Source of the DNA: Octopus sinensis
Lineage: Eukaryota
NCBI RefSeq assembly: GCF_006345805.1
Contig: NW_021824467.1
Span: forward strand, 1 to 24,957
Direction of reading: 5' to 3'
DNA length: 24,957 nucleotides
Made by a program: the position numbers and the translations under genes. Shown here piece by piece: positions 20,349 through 24,957 of this stretch. Positions within the stretch are counted from its first letter, which is position 1; each line of letters starts with the position of its first letter. The notes beneath the pieces are model-generated. The model had not been told where the DNA came from. It worked only from the letters and a program-made list of their open reading frames with translations, and made no database searches.

Positions 20349-20696
20349 TTGTGTGTATAAAATACAGGGTATGCTGGATATATTGTCGCCATTTTATATT
20401 TTGTCTGACAGCCATGACTGGGTTCTCCTGCTTGTGTGGCATGGTGCAGAGTCCTGTTGCCAGGCATAGGTCTTCCAGCAGCCACCCTCTTGACCCAAGG
20501 CAGCACTACCAAGCATCGAATGCAGGCCTCCGTGTTGAGTCTGAGATCGTGTGGGAAGATGAATGGAAGCACGACGTCGCCATCACTAGCGATCACTCCA
20601 AACACCATGATGCTGGCTGGTTGTTTGGTTTTTCATCACTCTCGCTACATATCCACAGATTGACACCCAAACACTCTGAAATGTTCATAATGGAGC
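20137..20696. repeat. local complex duplication: inverted copy of 22557-22789 fused to a direct copy of 22110-22406
   Basis: Manual alignment. Junction at 20401-20402 with TT microhomology. Contains TA plus maT TIR at 20363-20402 and a frameshifted transposase fragment. Confidence 0.85.
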
Positions 20697-20959
20697 TTGG
20701 GGAATTTTGGAGTACCCGCTTCCTCTGAATAAATTACTCTAGTTAATCACTGCAGTCGTTCGAATGTGCCCTGGATTCTTCTGGATTTATTTCTGTCTCT
20801 TCAATATTTCGTCCTCATCGTTTTTCCCAAAGGCTCCCCAATGTGCCGCCATGATGAACTTGTCCTGGGGAAGGGGTTCCTCTTCTTAACCGCTACTAAA
20901 AATCCAATTGTTTTTACTTTGAGTTGGTTTGTTTACTTTCTGTCTTTTGTATCGTCTCC

Positions 20960-21032
20960 GTGAAGGTGCGTGGCGAAGTGGCTAGGGGCATCCACCTCAC
21001 CATCATAAGGTCGTGAGTTCAATTCCCGGCGG
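20960..21032 (+). mobile_element. isolated tRNA-like SINE head (family D)
   Basis: GTGAAGGTGCGTGGCGAAGTGG...AAGGTCGTGAGTTCAATTCCCGGC resembles 22818-22873. Confidence 0.6.
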
Positions 21033-21222
21033 AAAATTTGAAGGCAAAACTAACCAGCATGAACTGGATCACCAACGGACTGTGTGAGAGAGTGTTAATG
21101 CAGTATCACGTCGCCTGGTGGCGCTTATTGGTTGCCTCAAATAGATCTTGTAAAACTATAAAACGGCATTTCACGAATGTCCCGCTTTTTCTAGCGACTA
21201 CCTTGTATATATGTATAGATAC

Positions 21223-21287
<65 letters not shown>

Positions 21288-21300
21288 CATATGTATACCA

Positions 21301-21338
<38 letters not shown>

Positions 21339-21383
21339 TATATATATAATATATATATATAATATATAATATATATATATATA

Positions 21384-21569
21384 AAGGAAAGTTTACGAAA
21401 ATAACAAAAGACGAAGGCAGGTGGACTACAAACAAACAAATGTATTAGTATTGCGCTCAGGAATAGAAAAAGTCTTTTACGTTTCGAGCCTACACTCTTC
21501 TACAGAAAGATACACAGAAAAAAAACAAGGAGAGAAAAAAATGTGTGTGGGAGCTAACGATCTATCATG
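21384..21569 (-). mobile_element. Penelope-like terminal-repeat fragment between (TA)n tracts
   Basis: Contains the hammerhead-like motif at 21473-21510 and is related to 16301-16517. Confidence 0.55.
21473..21510 (-). ncRNA. minimal type-I hammerhead ribozyme-like motif (A6 to U core variant)
   Basis: Minus strand TCTTT-CTGTAGA-A-GAGT gtag GCTC-GAAA-CG-TA-AAAGA. 5-bp stem I, 4-bp stem II, GUA triplet. Confidence 0.55.
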
Positions 21570-21606
21570 ATATATATACATATATATATATATATAATAT
21601 AACACA

Positions 21607-21641
<35 letters not shown>

Positions 21642-21738
21642 CACACACACACACAACACACCCACACACCCACACTATATATATACTATATATATATATA
21701 TATATATATCTATACATATACATACATACATATATATA

Positions 21739-22594
21739 CAGGGTGCGGTGAATATATTGTCGTCTAAATTACGCAAAAATAAAAATTACCCTGATATCTC
21801 ATTTTAACAGATATATTTACCAATATTCCATAAAAATATCTTAAATTAAATGATTAAATTTATTCAATAAAATCGCCATTCGCTTCAACCATGGCCTCCA
21901 GACGACTTCAGAATCTCCAACAACTCTTCTGGAGGGTCTCTGTGTTTAAGTGGGTGAATGCTGCCATAATCCTTGCCTTCAGTTCATCTTTGGTGTTACA
22001 AGGAGTTTTGTTGGTCTCTCACTCAGTTGTGTCCCACACATAATAATCAAGGGGGTTGCAGTCTGGGGAGTTAGGTGGCCAGATGTTAGGGGTAATGTGG
22101 TCGCAGAAATTGTCTGACATCCATGACTGGGTTCTCCTGCTTGTGTGGCATGGTGCAGAGTCCTGTTGCCAGGCATAGGGTCTTCCAGCAGCCACCCTCT
22201 TGGCCCAAGGCAGCACTACCAAGCATCGAATGCAGGCCTCCGTGTTGAGTCTGAGATCGTGAGGGGAGATGAATGGAAGCACGACGTCGCCATCACTAGC
22301 GATCACTCCAAACACCATGATGCTGGCTGGTTGTTTGGTTTTTCATCCCTCTCGCTACATGTCCTCAAATTGACACCCAAACACTCTGAAATGTTCATAA
22401 TGGAGCGTCTGGTGTGAATGCCAAGCAGTACAGCATGTTTCCAAATTTCTGGTAAAGTGAATTGTGTCACTGTGCTGTTTTTCTTACAGACGGTGCCCAA
22501 CTGACCCTACTATACTATGTCGTTGACAAAATCAAAAACAAACAATGCGTGAAATTAAAATATAAAATGGCGACAATTTATCCAGCGTACCCTG
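21739..22594 (-). mobile_element. internally deleted maT (DD37D) Tc1/mariner-superfamily DNA transposon
   Basis: TA flanks at 21737-38 and 22595-96. Imperfect ~26-bp TIRs CAGGGT(G/A)CG(G/C)TG(A/G)ATA(T/A)ATTGTCG. Transposase motifs WQQDSAPCH and WPPNSPDCNPLDY, with 37 residues between the second and third Asp. Confidence 0.9.
21860..22470 (-). pseudogene. maT transposase pseudogene
   Basis: N-terminus (TQFTLPEIWK...NISECLGVNLRT) fused near 22360 to ...MVFGVIASDG...LDYYVW...SRLEAMVEANGDFIE*. Stops and frameshifts; the segment that should hold the first catalytic Asp is deleted. Confidence 0.85.
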
Positions 22595-22676
22595 TATTTT
22601 ATACACACACATACACACACACACATCTTTGTATTACATTATCTTTCCGTTCCCCGTGGGGTTTTCTATGTCCTCT

Positions 22677-22818
22677 TTAAATTTCCCATAATTCCACATT
22701 TAATAGGTAGCCATTATGCTTCATAGAACATTCTTGCTCGTCCAGTTTCTGTTCCGTTACTGGAAACATGCCTACTTCGTTCCAAATTGCTACTATTCTT
22801 CGTTTATATCCACTCTTG
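22677..22818 (-). mobile_element. N-terminal ORF fragment of an R4/Dong-type non-LTR retrotransposon
   Basis: SGYKRRIVAIWNEVGMFPVTEQKLDEQ...NGYLLNVELWEI resembles the conserved GYRKRM..W...F.V.EQRL.DQ motif of R4/Dong ORFs (recognised from memory). Confidence 0.6.
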
Positions 22819-23125
22819 GTGAAGGCGCGTGGCTTAGTGATTATGAGTAAGGTCATGAGTTCGATTCCCGGCATCGCGTTGTGTTCTTGAGCAAGACACT
22901 TTATTTCACGTTGCTCCAGTCCACTCACCTGGCAAAAAGTGATTTGTACCTGTAATTCGAAGGGGGCCAGCCTTGTCACATTCTGTGTTAAGCTGAATCT
23001 CCCTGAGGGAACTATGTTAAGAAGCATCTATCTGTGCGGTGCTCAGCCACTTGCATGTTAACTTCACAAGTAGGTTGTTCCGTTAATCGGATCAGCTGGG
23101 ACCCTCGTCGTCGTAACCGACGGAG
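22818..23125 (+). mobile_element. tRNA-derived SINE, family D, near full length
   Basis: A-box TGGCTTAGTG, B-box GAGTTCGATTCCC, conserved TTGAGCAAGACACTTTATTTCAC body. The 3' 180 bp is shared with 23454-23633. Confidence 0.8.
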
Positions 23126-23442
23126 AACCTGTTTAATATCCCCTCGTGTTCAGTTCACTCAAAGTAAAATTTCGTTTCCAGCTTGTTTAGGTCTTTCCTT
23201 CAGGTACCTTTAACTGGCTTCTTTCATCTTTGCAACTCTTTAATATTCCGTGCTTGTGTAGTTGTTTGATATTTTCTTTCACCTAAACTAGAAATCTTAT
23301 TTGAATGTAGAATTTATGGAGAAAGAGAAATCTTTGAATGTAAAATGTTTGCTCTGAGAGTATTGTAATAACTGGAGATATGATTGTTACAAACCTACAT
23401 TGCTGAGTCTGTAAAAGAATGGATAAATGATGTGACTATAAA

Positions 23443-23723
23443 TGATGGAAGCACTCCGTCGGTTGCGACGACGAGGGTTCCGGTTGATCCGAATCAACTG
23501 AACAGCCTGCTCGTGAAATTAACGTGTAAGTGGCTGAGCACTCCACAGACACGTGTACCCTTAACGTAGTTCTCGGGGATATTCAGCGTGACACAGAGAG
23601 TGACAAGGCCGACCCTTTGAAATACAGGTACAACAGAAACAGGAAGTAAGAGTGAGAGAAAGTTGTGGTGAAAGAGTACAGCAGGGATCACCACCATCCC
23701 CTGCCGGAGCCTCGTGGAGCTTT
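23443..23723 (-). mobile_element. 5'-truncated retroelement 3' end with 13-bp TSD, sharing its tail with SINE family D
   Basis: ATGTGACTATAAA at 23430-23442 and 23724-23736. 23454-23633 is the reverse complement of 22944-23125; the remaining 5' part is not tRNA-like. Confidence 0.75.
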
Positions 23724-23779
23724 ATGTGACTATAAAACAGAACACATCACTGGAATTTAGAATGTACAGGAATTATGCG

Positions 23780-24205
23780 TCTTCTTTAGGCGCCATACCC
23801 AGAATGCAGGACAGACGATCTTCTTTAGGCGCCATACCCAGAATGCAGGACAGACGATCGTGTCCTGCCACCGTTCTCAGTTCTTCGTTTTATTATATCA
23901 CCTTCTGATGTTTAATGCCTCTTTCTTCCAACCTCTTTCTTCCAAAGCTTGACATCCGTATCACCCTTCTCCTTTCACTGCTTCTTTTCCCTACAATATT
24001 TCCGGTCATCACTAAATTTTCCTGACCCTTTTTCCTCATCACATGACCAAAAAATCTCAGTCGTCTGGCCCTTATCTCTCGAAGCAGTTTCCTATTTTCT
24101 ACAACCCAGGGGTCATCACTTCTTCATTAGACACTTTGTCATGCTATCCTCAATATTCTCCTTGAGATCCACGTTTCACAGCTTTCCAAGTACCTTCTCA
24201 TTTCT
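23780..24205 (-). mobile_element. 3' end of RTE-clade LINE (decayed), last 39 bp tandemly duplicated
   Basis: Minus-strand translation ETWISRRILRI...DKVSNEEV...RKLLREIRARRLRFFGHVMRKKGQENLVMTGNIVGKRS. 39-bp duplicate at 23780-23818 and 23819-23857. Confidence 0.8.
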
Positions 24206-24248
24206 CATGTCTCTCTATATTTTGGGATACAATGGGCAAATAAAATAT

Positions 24249-24630
24249 TCAGATGATGTTGTACTCAACACAGAGGAAAGTGTGTTGTTAATCGATGTTG
24301 TTTGCCCGTTTCATACAAAAGTGGTTGACAAAGAACACAAGTAAATGGAAAAATATCAGGACCCAAAATATGAACTTCAAAGAATCTGGAATTAGAGTAA
24401 AGTTATTATTATTCCAATTGTAATGGAAACCTTAGAACCAGTTCTAAGAATTCGGAACGGTTGATTGAGGTGGTTGGATATGGAGGCGAATTTCCTGATT
24501 TTACAGAAAGCTTGTTTGGTTGGCATAGTAAGGACTAAGGAAGATGCGAGATGCCTCGGGTTACGCAATGCAACTTGATGTCTAATAAACCTGTATCAGA
24601 AAAACAACAACAACAACAACAATAATAATA
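24249..24630 (+). mobile_element. decayed restriction-like endonuclease C-terminus and tail of an R4/Dong-type element
   Basis: (P)DDVVL..EESVLLIDVVCPFHTKVVDKEHK*MEKYQDPKYELQRIWN..VIIIPIVM...LQKACLVG, a PD..D/ExK-type RLE with KxxKY. Ends in (AAC)n(AAT)n. Confidence 0.8.
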
Positions 24631-24631
24631 A

Positions 24632-24820
24632 GATCAGTGCAAGTGTGAAGGTAGAACACCAACAAAAATCAGCATTGCTTGGAACTGCAAGAATTCTTCG
24701 CAGGGTTCTTGAAGCATGACCAGTAAACATGTGTCTCCTTAGTCTGCTGGCTGTGGACACCTGACACTTTCCATCATACCCAGCAAAATAAGCTGTGAGT
24801 TTCCATATAATAATAATAAT
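24632..24820 (+). mobile_element. second, 5'-truncated R4/Dong-type 3' end with (TAA)n tail
   Basis: QQKSALLGTARILRRVLEA* (stop at 24717-24719), 3' UTR, then TAATAATAAT. Starts directly after the (AAT)n tail of the preceding element. Confidence 0.8.
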
Positions 24821-24957
24821 CCTTCTGCTAAAGGCCTGAAATTTTGGGGGAGAGAATTAATCGATTACATTACAGCTCAACTGGTTCTTAATTTATCGAT
24901 CTCGAAAGGATGAAAGTAAAAGTCGACCTCGGCGGAATTTGGACTAGAACGTAACGA
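24811..24957 (-). mobile_element. family C SINE, cut by the window edge
   Basis: ATCGATCTCGAAAGGATGAAAGTAAAAGTCGACCTCGGCGGAATTTG. Confidence 0.8.

Overview
Repeat-dense, AT-rich animal genomic DNA. The tRNA-derived SINE families and microsatellite load point to an octopus or other coleoid cephalopod (inference). I cannot identify an intact protein-coding gene, and almost all listed ORFs are microsatellite read-through. Supported content: (i) several tRNA-derived SINE families, including a same-strand pile-up of about 8 copies at 8.4-10.2 kb; (ii) three non-autonomous Helitrons with complete TC...hairpin-CTAG ends, one of them mosaic; (iii) an internally deleted maT (DD37D) Tc1/mariner element whose end, flank and interior were locally re-copied as an inverted-plus-direct duplication; (iv) decayed RTE and R4/Dong non-LTR retrotransposon fragments; (v) CpG-rich promoter or first-exon-like regions at about 5.6-6.0, 13.9-14.1 and 15.25-15.5 kb; (vi) several minimal type-I hammerhead-ribozyme-like motifs of the Penelope-like-element type. 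The most striking structure is at 17.98-18.75 kb: six 83-bp tandem tRNA-like Pol III promoter units upstream of a hammerhead, with an inverted second hammerhead segment on the other side.
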